In this document: positions 1 through 9,313 of the stretch, piece after piece
Layout of the letters: every line of letters begins with the position of its first letter
How positions within the stretch are numbered: the stretch's first letter is position 1
NCBI GenBank assembly: GCA_965215185.1
Contig: OZ244034.1
Location: 2,240,001-2,304,000 of the forward strand
Length of the DNA: 64,000 nt
Direction of reading: 5' to 3'
From: Acidimicrobiia bacterium
GTDB lineage: Bacteria; Actinomycetota; Acidimicrobiia; Spongiisociales; ZC4RG35
The notes under the pieces: model-generated
What the model was told of the DNA's origin: nothing
Databases searched by the model: none
The model's input: only the letters and a program-made list of their open reading frames with translations
Translations under genes and position numbers: made by a program

Positions 1-10
1 TACCCTCGAG

Positions 11-1760
11 CTACGAACGGTCCACCTTCACCGTGACTATGTCTGCGGCATGGTATTTCTGGTGCCGAACCTGCGAGGCGTAATGTCGCAGAAGACGAAA
101 GGAGATCTCTCGCTCGTCCCATGCTTCAATCTCTTCGCCCAAGTAGGCAAGCCGGTCTTCCAGGTTCTCCTCATCTAGGACCGTCATGAACTCCATTTCG
201 ATGACATTGGCTTCGGGGTAGGCAAGAAGGATCAACATCGGCGTTCGTTCTCCCTGGGGCAGATTGGCTGGTTGCAACAGACTGGACAGCGTTTCTTCCC
301 CCGCTGAACGCAATCGCTGGGTGGATGGACCGTCCCAGCCTTTGTCTGCGGCCACCTCCTGAAGGAAACCATCGATCAGAGGAAAAGCCGAAGTATCCAT
401 GACTGCCTGCATCCGCTTGGGCCGGGCACGGGTCACTTTCATGAACACCGACAGGCCTATCGCAGTGACAGTGCCCAGAGTAAGGCCATCTCCCAGCAAC
501 AGGTCCCAGGGCTTTTGCAGGAGCCCTTCTAGGACGTTGTGCTGCAGCATTCCAACTCCCACCGCATAGGCCACGCCGACTATCACGATGTTCTGCGAAT
601 TGAGACCGGCCTGAGAGACGGTACGCAGACCTTCCATGAAGAGGGTGCCGATCATGAACAACAACACCGCTCCCATAACCGGACTGGGTATGGCCACGAG
701 AACGGCCGTCGCCTTGGTAAGCAAAGCCAACGCAACCAGGATCGCTCCCATCGCATACCCGACTCGGCGGGCCGCCACTCCCGTGATGTGCACGAGCGAC
801 ACCGTGGGTGACGTATAGGCGGTGGTGGGAGGAGTCCCGGCGATGCCCGACAGCAGCATCCCCACCCCGTTGGCGTAGATCGCCCCCTGGATCGAACGGA
901 AATCGATCGCCTTTCGTCTCCGGTAAGACACCTGCTGGACCGCCATGTTGCCGCCGATAGTCTTGATGGCCTGCACGAGGGTCACTATCAGAAACATCGG
1001 CAACAGTGCCCCTGCGCCGGGGCTCAGGGTGAAATCCACTCCAGGAAACCCACTCTCGGGGACACCGAACCAGGGCGCCGAAAGCACCCTTTCATAGTCG
1101 TAGAGTCCGAAGGGAACAGCCACCGCGCAACCGGATCCGACCCCGATCAGCAGTGACCACAACCGCCACGTCCCGGTGGCGCGGAGGAACCAGACCGTGA
1201 TTGCCGCCAGTGTCACTGCCGCCACAACCAGTCCGCTGGCTTTGTTTGCGTCCTCGGGCACTTCGGAGAGGCGATCTATCGAGAATGGGAGAACCATGGT
1301 GGCGATCAGCATCAGTACCGTGCCGGAAACAACCGGGGTGATGACTTTGCGTAAAAAGGGCAGCCACGTCGCCACCACGAGATAGAAGACCGAGGACAGA
1401 ATGATGAGGCTGGCCAATACCGTCGGCCCTCCCACCTCCAACGCCAGGACTGAGACTGCAATGTAGCTGGGAGTCACACCTGTGATCAGGATGTGCCCTC
1501 CACCCAGGCGGCGCAACCTGGCCGCCTGCAAACCACAAACCATTCCGCATATGATCAGCACCGCGAAGACAGACCACTCCAGAGTGTCTTCGTCCTGACC
1601 GGCCGCCAGGACCGTGATGGCCGTTATCAAAACTTGACCGGCCGCCAGGACCGAGTGAGCCGATTGTCGCCAGCACGGTTATCACACCTTGCATCCCCAC
1701 CCCGGCGGCCAGCCACGGAGGGCACCTCTCGTCCGGCTCGTACCTGATTTGTTCGTTCAC
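11..1760 (-). pseudogene. NCS2 (xanthine/uracil permease family) transporter with C-terminal HATPase-like extension; frameshifted near the 5' end
   Basis: The N-terminus VNEQIRYEPDERCPP...GMQGV (GTG 1760, frame of ORF 1092..1772) continues in the frame of ORF 11..1630, which has many TM helices and the NCS2-like GAIYANGVGMLLSGIAGTPPTT...TGVAARRV segment. A 19-bp duplicated segment at 1635-1653 shifts the frame. Confidence 0.8.
1596..1653. repeat. 19-bp perfect direct repeat TGACCGGCCGCCAGGACCG (1596-1614 and 1635-1653)
   Basis: Read directly from the sequence; coincides with the permease frameshift. Confidence 0.95.
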
Positions 1761-1819
1761 TCCGGAGGACAACGATCACCGCCTTCGAGTCTCAGCGCCC
1801 CATTGGTATTAGTAATCAC
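1757..1819 (-). CDS. Putative 20-aa upstream ORF (MITNTNGALRLEGGDRCPPE)
   Basis: GGGAGG RBS before a GTG at 1819; its TGA overlaps the permease GTG (GTGA). Confidence 0.4.
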   Translation of the reverse strand: MITNTNGALRLEGGDRCPPE

Positions 1820-1851
1820 AAAACCTCCCAGTGCCGGAGCAGAGGTAACCA

Positions 1852-1879
1852 AAGATACTCCCTGGTCACAGAGGGTCAA
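1852..1879 (-). promoter_or_regulatory. Sigma70-type promoter for the uORF/permease
   Basis: TTGACC-N16-TATCTT on the minus strand. Confidence 0.45.
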
Positions 1880-2189
1880 CGGGAGATCGTCCTGCCGCGT
1901 GTCAATCCAGCCTGGTGGCTTCGGGACTCGCTTCATAAGCCACGGCGGCAGCCAAATCGCTGCTCCTTCGGGATGTTTTCCAGTTTTCCAGCCGCCATGT
2001 GGCTTTTGATAGACGCGGGCGTCTCAATGTGCCGGTTAGCTCCCCCCGTAGCATGTCCGGCGGCGCCTGGAACCGGGAAAAGCCGGTACGAAGACCCATT
2101 CCCCAAGCTTTGGCCCACTCAACCCGATTACCCGCACCGGATTGACCTGACGGGCGCGCCCGGGGAACGGAACAGAATCAGATCGGGGC

Positions 2190-4517
2190 TTAGAGAGGGA
2201 ATATGACCGGTACGAGCGCTACCACAATGCCTAGGACGATAAAGGTCAGGGGGGTGCCCACCCGTGCGTAGTCCATCGAGCGGTAACCTCCCGCGCCCAT
2301 GACCAGGAGGTTGGCCTTGTGGCTGAAGGGGGTCATGAATGCTGCGGATGCCGCCAAGCTCACACCCATCATGACTGCGTAAGGGTTCATGCCCAGTTGA
2401 GCGGCCGTTTCCAGTGCGACCGGCGCCATTAGGACGACCGAGGGAGCTCCGTCGAGAGCTTGACTGAGGAGGCTGGCCAGCAGGACCAGGGCGATGAGGA
2501 TGGCGTAGTTTCCCAGCGGTCCGAGAATGTTTATGACCTGGTCCACCATCAGTTTGGCGGCGCCGGTGCTCTCCATGGCAAAACCCACCGGTAGGACGGC
2601 CGCTACCAGGAAGATTGTCCGCCATTCAATAGCCCGGTAGGCCTCCTCCATAGTAACCGTGCGGAACAGAAGAACCAGGCTGGCGGAGATGAAGGCTGCC
2701 ACATGGATGGGCTGGATCCCGAACACCACCAGACCGACCATCAGCAGGAGGGCGCCCAGGGCAAACGGCGCCTTGTTGTGTCGTCGCGGACGGAGGCCTT
2801 CGGGAGAAAGAACCACAAAGTCGGGATTGGTGCCCAGGAGGCGGATCCGTTCCCAGGGACCTTGGACCAGCAGCGCATCACCCAACTGGAAGCGCAGCGA
2901 GGTCAAACCGGTGCAAATCGGTCGTCCGTCTCGCCAGACGGCCAGCAACTGCAGACCGTAGCGACTCCGAAACTCCAAGTCGTGCACCGTCTTCCGTACC
3001 GCAGCAGATCGAGGCGCCAGCGCCACCTCGACTATGCCGAACTCCTCGGACTCGAGGTCCGCCGCGTCCACCTGAGAATGCACCTCGATATCCCCGATGC
3101 CCACCAGATGCTCAACCCGGGACGTGTCACAAGCAACCAGCAGGCCATCGCCTGCTTCAATCACATCATCGGGAGACGCCACCATACGGATGACGTCATC
3201 GTGGACGATGGCGCCGATGGTTAATCCAACCAGTTCCCCCAGGCGACTCTCCCTTATCGTCGAACCGGCCAGAGATGATCCTGAGGGAACCCTCATAACC
3301 GAGAGGTGATCTTCCAGAGACTTCAAGGCGGATAGTCCCAGGTTTTTGACGCGGAAATCACGGTTGTCCTGCATCCTGTGCAGTTCAGTGCGGGTGCCCA
3401 GGCCGATCAACTTGTCTCCGGGCTGTAGGGCCTCCGACGCCAGTCCTCCCCGGATGGTCTCCCTGCCTCGCTCGATCCCGACCACCACGACGTGGTAACG
3501 CTGACGGAAACCTACTTCTTTCAGGCTTTTCCCCACCAGCCCCGAGGTTTCAGGGATTTCGGCCCTGATCGCCGTGAACCCCCTGACCCGTGGGATTTGG
3601 CGGGTGGTGGTTGGTCTCAGCTCCACACCACCCACACGCAAGATGTCCTCCAGATCGGGCAGGCGCCCTTCCACAAGCAATACATCCCCGCCTTTCAGGA
3701 GGGTCTCCGCTTGCGGAACGAAGTTCTTGGCCCCGGTCCGGTGAATCGAAACCACCTGAATGTCTAGGGCCTCTGACAGATTCGCCTCGGCCAGGGTCAC
3801 GTTGTCGAGAGGAGACATCTTCGGGATAGTGATCGTGAAAAGCCGGTCCTCCAAGTGGTAGATGTGGGTCAGATCGGCGGAATCGGCCACGCCAGGGCCG
3901 GTCAGACGATCGGGCAGGAGTTTTCTTCCCAGCGAGATCATGAACAGGACTCCCCCGGCCAACAGCAGCGCACCGATCGGAGTGAAGTCGAAGAGACCGA
4001 ATGGCTCCAGGCCTCGTTCGGCGAGAATCTGGGCTGCCACGATGTTGGGCGGGGTTCCGATCATGGTGGTGGTTCCGCCCAGGATCGATCCGAAAGCCAG
4101 TGGCATCATCAGACGGGACGCTGACAACCCGGCCCGCCGGGCGATTGCCGCCACGGCCGGCATCAGCACCGCAGTGGCGGCGATGTTGTTCATGAACGCC
4201 GACAGAATCCCTGACACCAGCATCAATGTGATGACCAGCGGTATCTCCTTGCTGCCGACCAGCCTGTAGATATTCGAAGCCACTATGTCGGCCATACCGG
4301 TGTACAGCAGCGATGCGCTGATGATGAAGATCGACAGCATGGTGATCACCGCCGGCGAGGCAAACCCGGTGAAGGCCTCCGTCGGTCCTACGTACCCCCC
4401 CAGGATCAGCACCACCAGTCCCAGAAACGCCGTAAGGTCCACAGGTAGCTTGGCTGTCAGGAACAGGTAGGCCATCCCAACCAGCAGCAAGATCAGGAAC
4501 GCAATCTGCCAGGTCAT
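2190..4517 (-). CDS. SLC13/CitMHS family permease with about four TrkA-C (RCK_C) domains
   Basis: SAFMNN and GGTTTMIGTPPN motifs, repeated TrkA-C units, C-terminal FMTPFSHKANLLVMGAGGY. Confidence 0.9.
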   Translation of the reverse strand: MTWQIAFLILLLVGMAYLFLTAKLPVDLTAFLGLVVLILGGYVGPTEAFTGFASPAVITMLSIFIISASLLYTGMADIVASNIYRLVGSKEIPLVITLMLVSGILSAFMNNIAATAVLMPAVAAIARRAGLSASRLMMPLAFGSILGGTTTMIGTPPNIVAAQILAERGLEPFGLFDFTPIGALLLAGGVLFMISLGRKLLPDRLTGPGVADSADLTHIYHLEDRLFTITIPKMSPLDNVTLAEANLSEALDIQVVSIHRTGAKNFVPQAETLLKGGDVLLVEGRLPDLEDILRVGGVELRPTTTRQIPRVRGFTAIRAEIPETSGLVGKSLKEVGFRQRYHVVVVGIERGRETIRGGLASEALQPGDKLIGLGTRTELHRMQDNRDFRVKNLGLSALKSLEDHLSVMRVPSGSSLAGSTIRESRLGELVGLTIGAIVHDDVIRMVASPDDVIEAGDGLLVACDTSRVEHLVGIGDIEVHSQVDAADLESEEFGIVEVALAPRSAAVRKTVHDLEFRSRYGLQLLAVWRDGRPICTGLTSLRFQLGDALLVQGPWERIRLLGTNPDFVVLSPEGLRPRRHNKAPFALGALLLMVGLVVFGIQPIHVAAFISASLVLLFRTVTMEEAYRAIEWRTIFLVAAVLPVGFAMESTGAAKLMVDQVINILGPLGNYAILIALVLLASLLSQALDGAPSVVLMAPVALETAAQLGMNPYAVMMGVSLAASAAFMTPFSHKANLLVMGAGGYRSMDYARVGTPLTFIVLGIVVALVPVIFPL

Positions 4518-4624
4518 TGGGCGACTCGCTCGACCGGCATCATCGGGGTGCCGGCGCGGCAGCGGGCCGGAGGTGCGGCATCATCCCGGCTTCAGTAGCT
4601 GGCCACCTTGGGTCATCCGTGCGA

Positions 4625-6391
4625 TCAGAACGCCCAAAAGCGGGGGATGAAGATTACAGACAGTATCCAGAACAGGATACTGAGAGGCACGCCAGTGCGA
4701 AGGAAGTCCGTGTACTTGTAGCCGCCCGGGTTGTAAATCATCGTGTTGGTCTGGTATCCGACCGGCGTGGAGAATCCGGTCGAGGCGGCAAAGCTGATAG
4801 CCATCAGGAACGGCCTGGGATCGACCCCGATCTGCTCCGCGGTGGAGATCGCGATCGGTGCCAGCAGCACGGCCGCGGCGGCGTTGCTCATGGTGTCGGT
4901 CAGGATTGACGTCATCAAATAGATAACCGCCAGCACGGCGACCGGTCCCATGTCACCGACCATCCCCACCGCCCGCTCGGCGATGAAACCGGCGGCGCCG
5001 CTTTTCTGCATGGCGGCACCGAGGGGAAGGATCCCGGCGAGCAGAAAGATGACCTGCCAGTTGATGGCGTGGTAGGCCTCTTCCAGTCGAAGCACCCGAG
5101 TCACCAGCAATGTGACGCAACCGAGCACCGCGGTGACAAGGATCGGGAAGACGTTGAACGCGGCCAGACCCACCACCGCCAGGAGGATGCCGAGGACGAG
5201 TGGCACTCTATGCCGGAGAACGGTGCCCGGCACTTCGTTGAGGACGATGAAGTCCGTGTTGCGACGCAGGGTGGTTATCTCTTCTTCGTGCGCTTGAATC
5301 AGCAGGCCATCCCCCAGGTTGAGCACGATCGCACTGAGCTTGTCGTCGATCGGATGACCTCTTCGTTGCATAGCCAGCACCAGCGCCTTGTAACGGTTTT
5401 GGAAGTCCAGCTCTTTGAGGGTGTGGCCGATGAGATGAGAATGGGGTGCGACCACGGCCTGAACAAATCGCAAATCCTCGGTCTGCAGGCTCTCATCGCG
5501 GAGTTTGACGTCAACGTTCATCTCCAGCCTCATGGAGCCCCGGATACGCATGAGCGCGGCTATCGGACCGCGCAGGAGCAGCACGTCGTTGACTTGGACA
5601 ACCTGATCCATTGGCGCCAACCCGGTGCCGTCGGTGTGCATCACCCCCAGGACCGTGATGTCGGGTACCTCTCCAAGATCGCCTTCGAGCAAAGATTTGC
5701 CGACTAATGGTGAGTTGCGACGGACCCTCATCTCTGAGGTGTAAGGGCCGAGGTGATATAGCGCACCAAACTCCCCGACCTGGCGGTCGGGAAGCAACCA
5801 TCGTCCGAACACCAGGAAGAAAGTGACCCCGGCCCCAAAGAGAATCAGCCCCATCCGACTGAATTCGAACAGGCTGAATGCGCCGTAGCCAGCCTGTTCC
5901 GAGATCGAACTGACCAGGAGGTTTGTAGATGTGCCGATGAGGGTGCACACCCCACCGAACTGGGAGGCGTAAGAGAGGGGAATCAGCAGCTTGGACGCCG
6001 ATATCCTGCGCCGGGCGGCGAGGATCGTCACCAAGGGGATGAACACGGCGACCGCGGCTGTGTTGTTCACGAAGGCCGACATGACGGTGACCGTCCCCAT
6101 GATGACCACCAACACCGTGTAGTAGTTGCGACCGAACCGCACCATCAGACGTCCCACCGCCGCCGTCGCTCCCGTCTTTTGCAATCCGGCACTGAGGATG
6201 AACATCGCCGCAACCGTCACCGTAGCCGGATTGCTGAATCCGGCTAACCCCTCCTGGGGGGTGACCAGACCGAAAACCAGCAGCACCCCCAGCCCGATCA
6301 TGGCTACCAGATCAAGCGGGTACTTCTCAGAGATGAACAGGATGATGGTCCCAACCATGATGCCCAGCACCAGGATGGCTTCAATGGTCAT
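4625..6391 (-). CDS. SLC13 family permease with two TrkA-C domains
   Basis: SAFVNNT, GGVCTLIGTSTN and FSTPVGYQTN motifs; ATG at 6391 preceded by GGGAGG. Confidence 0.9.
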   Translation of the reverse strand: MTIEAILVLGIMVGTIILFISEKYPLDLVAMIGLGVLLVFGLVTPQEGLAGFSNPATVTVAAMFILSAGLQKTGATAAVGRLMVRFGRNYYTVLVVIMGTVTVMSAFVNNTAAVAVFIPLVTILAARRRISASKLLIPLSYASQFGGVCTLIGTSTNLLVSSISEQAGYGAFSLFEFSRMGLILFGAGVTFFLVFGRWLLPDRQVGEFGALYHLGPYTSEMRVRRNSPLVGKSLLEGDLGEVPDITVLGVMHTDGTGLAPMDQVVQVNDVLLLRGPIAALMRIRGSMRLEMNVDVKLRDESLQTEDLRFVQAVVAPHSHLIGHTLKELDFQNRYKALVLAMQRRGHPIDDKLSAIVLNLGDGLLIQAHEEEITTLRRNTDFIVLNEVPGTVLRHRVPLVLGILLAVVGLAAFNVFPILVTAVLGCVTLLVTRVLRLEEAYHAINWQVIFLLAGILPLGAAMQKSGAAGFIAERAVGMVGDMGPVAVLAVIYLMTSILTDTMSNAAAAVLLAPIAISTAEQIGVDPRPFLMAISFAASTGFSTPVGYQTNTMIYNPGGYKYTDFLRTGVPLSILFWILSVIFIPRFWAF

Positions 6392-6614
6392 CTTTGGCCT
6401 CCCATCGGAACTCGCTTCTCTCCGCTGAATGGAGAATACTCCAAGTCCGGGAAGACAACCCGGCCATACAGGGCAGTTTCTCGGGACGTCAGCCACCTTT
6501 GGGCAATCTCAGTCTTTGTAAGTGATCCCTAGCCGCGCGGTTGGATTTGCTCCGCTAACCCCGTGCCAGGGCTTTCTCAAATCCGATTAGGCTTAACCTT
6601 TGTCACAAGGCCCT

Positions 6615-6689
6615 GCGCCCGTAGCTCAATTTGGACAGAGCGTCTGACTACGGATCAGAAGGTTGGGGGTTCGAGTCCCTCCGGGCGTG
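6615..6689 (+). tRNA. tRNA-Arg (anticodon ACG), CCA not encoded
   Basis: Acceptor stem GCGCCCG/CGGGCGT, D arm TAGCTCAATTTGGACAGAGC, anticodon arm TCTGA-CTACGGA-TCAGA, T loop GGTTCGAGTCC. Confidence 0.97.
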
Positions 6690-6736
6690 CCGACTAGACG
6701 TTATTCCCCAGCGCGACCAGGTTCAAGGAGCAACAC

Positions 6737-7507
6737 ATGCAACACCCCCACGGCACTTTCTGTTGGATGGACATCTATCTGCCCGATCCCGAGCGGGGTA
6801 AGGCCTTTTATAGCAACATGTTCGGTTGGGAGTGGACGGATGTTCCCATGGGCGGTTCTGGGATGTCATACACCATGTTCAGCCTGGACGGGAAGACCGT
6901 TGGGGCGCTCGGACCACAGATGCCGGGCATGTTTCCCGAAGGTGTGCCGCCCTGCTGGTTCTCTTACATCGCCACCGACAATTTGGACGCCACTGCCGAA
7001 CGGGCAAGAGATCTGGGAGCAACCTTCCTCATGGGCCCGGCCGACGTGGGCAACGGACGGGTGGCCTTGTTGCAGGATTCGGGCGGGGCCGCCGTCTTTC
7101 TATGGCAGGCGCTGGAATTCGGCGGAGCACAAGTCGTCCGTGCTCCAGGCGCCATGGCTTGGAACGAGCTCTACACCAAGGATCTGCAAGCCACAAAAGA
7201 CTTTTACGGTGGCTTGTTCGGCTGGGAGTGGACCAGCATGCCCATCCCTCAAGGTGGCGCATACCATGTGGCCAACCTGGGAGACACACACGTGGCCGGT
7301 GTGTTGGTCATGGATGAGAGTTGGGGCGAGATCCCCCCTCACTGGATGGTCTACATCCAGGTGGAGGACGCCGATGCGGCGGCCGCCAAGGTGACGAGCC
7401 TCGGAGGAGATGTCTGCGTCCCGGTGACGGAGATCGCGGTTGGCAGGTTCGCGGTGGTCAACGACGACCAAAAGGGAACATTCACCATCTTCGAACCGAT
7501 GGGTTGA
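6737..7507 (+). CDS. VOC/glyoxalase family protein (two domains)
   Basis: GTFCWMDI...FYSNMFGW and GAMAWNEL...FYGGLFGW repeats; AAGGAG RBS. Confidence 0.9.
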   Translation: MQHPHGTFCWMDIYLPDPERGKAFYSNMFGWEWTDVPMGGSGMSYTMFSLDGKTVGALGPQMPGMFPEGVPPCWFSYIATDNLDATAERARDLGATFLMGPADVGNGRVALLQDSGGAAVFLWQALEFGGAQVVRAPGAMAWNELYTKDLQATKDFYGGLFGWEWTSMPIPQGGAYHVANLGDTHVAGVLVMDESWGEIPPHWMVYIQVEDADAAAAKVTSLGGDVCVPVTEIAVGRFAVVNDDQKGTFTIFEPMG

Positions 7508-7524
7508 ACCTTCCCCGAGACTGA

Positions 7525-7538
7525 GCGAAGCGGCTTCG
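7525..7538 (+). terminator. Possible hairpin terminator after the VOC gene
   Basis: GCGAAGCGGCTTCGC-type inverted repeat just past the stop; no clear U-tract. Confidence 0.35.
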
Positions 7539-7840
7539 CAAGTCGGGAAAACTGGCTAAAAGGGCGGCCCGGCAGGGTTAACTTCTTCCAGACCACTGCC
7601 CCATACTGTCAGAACTGCACAAATCCCTCCAGGCCGGTAAGAGCTCTCCGCGGCTGAACTCCCAGAGGTCATAAGAATCCGATTCAGCCCCCATCAAGGC
7701 TGTTTTTAGCGACTTCGACAACGGAACGGTGGCGGTGGGGGAGGGCTCGACAGGGGCCATCGCGGGGTTAACAATCGCGGCATAGTCTTCTCATTTCGCG
7801 ATCTTGCGGGTGGTGATTCTCAAGCAGGGGGCCGATAGGT

Positions 7841-9259
7841 TCAGGCAGACCTTATCCGTCTTAGAGCAGCCTGGGCGGCGTGATAGCCGCACATTCCGTG
7901 GACCCCTCCTCCTGGAGGAGTCGAAGAAGAACACAAATACACTCCTTCGATACCCGTCGCGTAGGGTGATAATCCTGGGAAGGGACCTCTGAGCACCCGC
8001 CTCACCCCCAGGGCGCCGCCTCCGATGTCGCCCCCCACGTAGTTGGGGTTGTAACCCTCCCACTGAGAGGCGACCATGGCGCTGCAGGCCAGGATGGTTT
8101 CCCGAAATCCCGGAGCATGCCGCTCGATCTCGGCCTCCACTGCCGAACGCATATCAACCGAGCTGCCGGAGGGGACATGCGCGTAGGCCCAAAGGGTGTG
8201 TTGACCCTCCGGTGCACGAGAGGGGTCGAACCGAGATGGTTGAGCGGCCACCACAAAGGGTCGATCAGGAATCTCTCCTCTCCACACCTTTCGTTCCGTG
8301 GCGACTATCTGTCGAGATCCGCCCCCCAGATGAAGGACCCCAGCCATCTCCATCCGAGCATCGCTCCAAGGCACCGGCCGCGAAAGGGCCCAATCCAGCT
8401 TGGCCACCCCCGGTCCGTGGTGGAAACCCCGGCCCACCCGCACCTGCCGGCTCAGACTCCCATCCCCCAGCATGTTGGCCAACACCGAGGGGGCGACGTC
8501 GGCCAACACCACCCGAGACGAAGGAAGATCCGCCAAATTCGCCACCCGCCGCCCCGTTTCGATTTCACCGCCCATCGCCATAAAGCAGGAAGCCAATGCA
8601 TCCGCCAAACCTTGGGATCCCCCTGCCACGAAAGGCCAGCCGTACCGATGGCCTGCCACCAACAACAACCACCCCACCCCGGCCGTGAACGGCTTGTGAA
8701 GGGGCATCACCGGATGGGCAGCCGCGCCGGCCACGAGAGCGCGGGCCGCCGCACCTCTGAACCGCCGGATGTCCCAGGAGGCCGGACGAGCAAAAGAAAC
8801 CAGCTTCAATCCCGCCGCGATACCCGGTGGCCGTCGGAGGGCCGGCCCCAAGAGCGGTTGCTCGAGCCGGGACCAGATCCGGTCGATGCTTTCCACCCTC
8901 TTTCGGTAGTGGTCGCCATCGGCTCCCAGACCCTCGGCGGTCTCCCGGATCGAACGCTTCAGCAGCACCACCTCCCCATCGTCAAGTGGATGAGCCAGCG
9001 CCGCTGGTGGATGAATCCAGCGCAGTCCGTGCTCCGCTAACCGAAGGCGACGAAACACAGGAGATCCCCGACCCAGAGGGTGGGCCGTGGCGCACACATC
9101 ATGACGGAACCCCGAAAGAGTCAATTCCGAAGTCCGGCACCCACCCCCGACGGTCTGCATAGCCTCCACCAATAGCGTTGAACACCCCGCCTCCGCCAAG
9201 GTAATGGCCGCGGCCAACCCGTTCGGACCTGCTCCGATTACTACCGCGTCATAGCGCAT
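7841..9259 (-). CDS. Phytoene dehydrogenase-like NAD(P)/FAD oxidoreductase
   Basis: GAGPNGLAAA Rossmann motif; C-terminal CSSSTPPGGGVHGMCG. Confidence 0.9.
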   Translation of the reverse strand: MRYDAVVIGAGPNGLAAAITLAEAGCSTLLVEAMQTVGGGCRTSELTLSGFRHDVCATAHPLGRGSPVFRRLRLAEHGLRWIHPPAALAHPLDDGEVVLLKRSIRETAEGLGADGDHYRKRVESIDRIWSRLEQPLLGPALRRPPGIAAGLKLVSFARPASWDIRRFRGAAARALVAGAAAHPVMPLHKPFTAGVGWLLLVAGHRYGWPFVAGGSQGLADALASCFMAMGGEIETGRRVANLADLPSSRVVLADVAPSVLANMLGDGSLSRQVRVGRGFHHGPGVAKLDWALSRPVPWSDARMEMAGVLHLGGGSRQIVATERKVWRGEIPDRPFVVAAQPSRFDPSRAPEGQHTLWAYAHVPSGSSVDMRSAVEAEIERHAPGFRETILACSAMVASQWEGYNPNYVGGDIGGGALGVRRVLRGPFPGLSPYATGIEGVYLCSSSTPPGGGVHGMCGYHAAQAALRRIRSA

Positions 9260-9313
9260 ATCCGCAACTGACGGTAGCTAGAAGTTCCCCCTTGCAACGA
9301 GGTCGTGAACAGA

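Noticed and set aside
1890-2185. Purine or ZTP riboswitch upstream of the NCS2 permease
   Set aside because: No recognisable conserved core, and the region lies upstream of the predicted promoter; an Rfam scan would settle it.
6615-6740. tRNA-Arg as an island integration site
   Set aside because: No integrase nearby, and I found no duplicate of the tRNA 3' end in the window.
7540-7840. 60-aa ORF 7578..7760 in the convergent gap
   Set aside because: No RBS or recognisable motif; cannot be supported.
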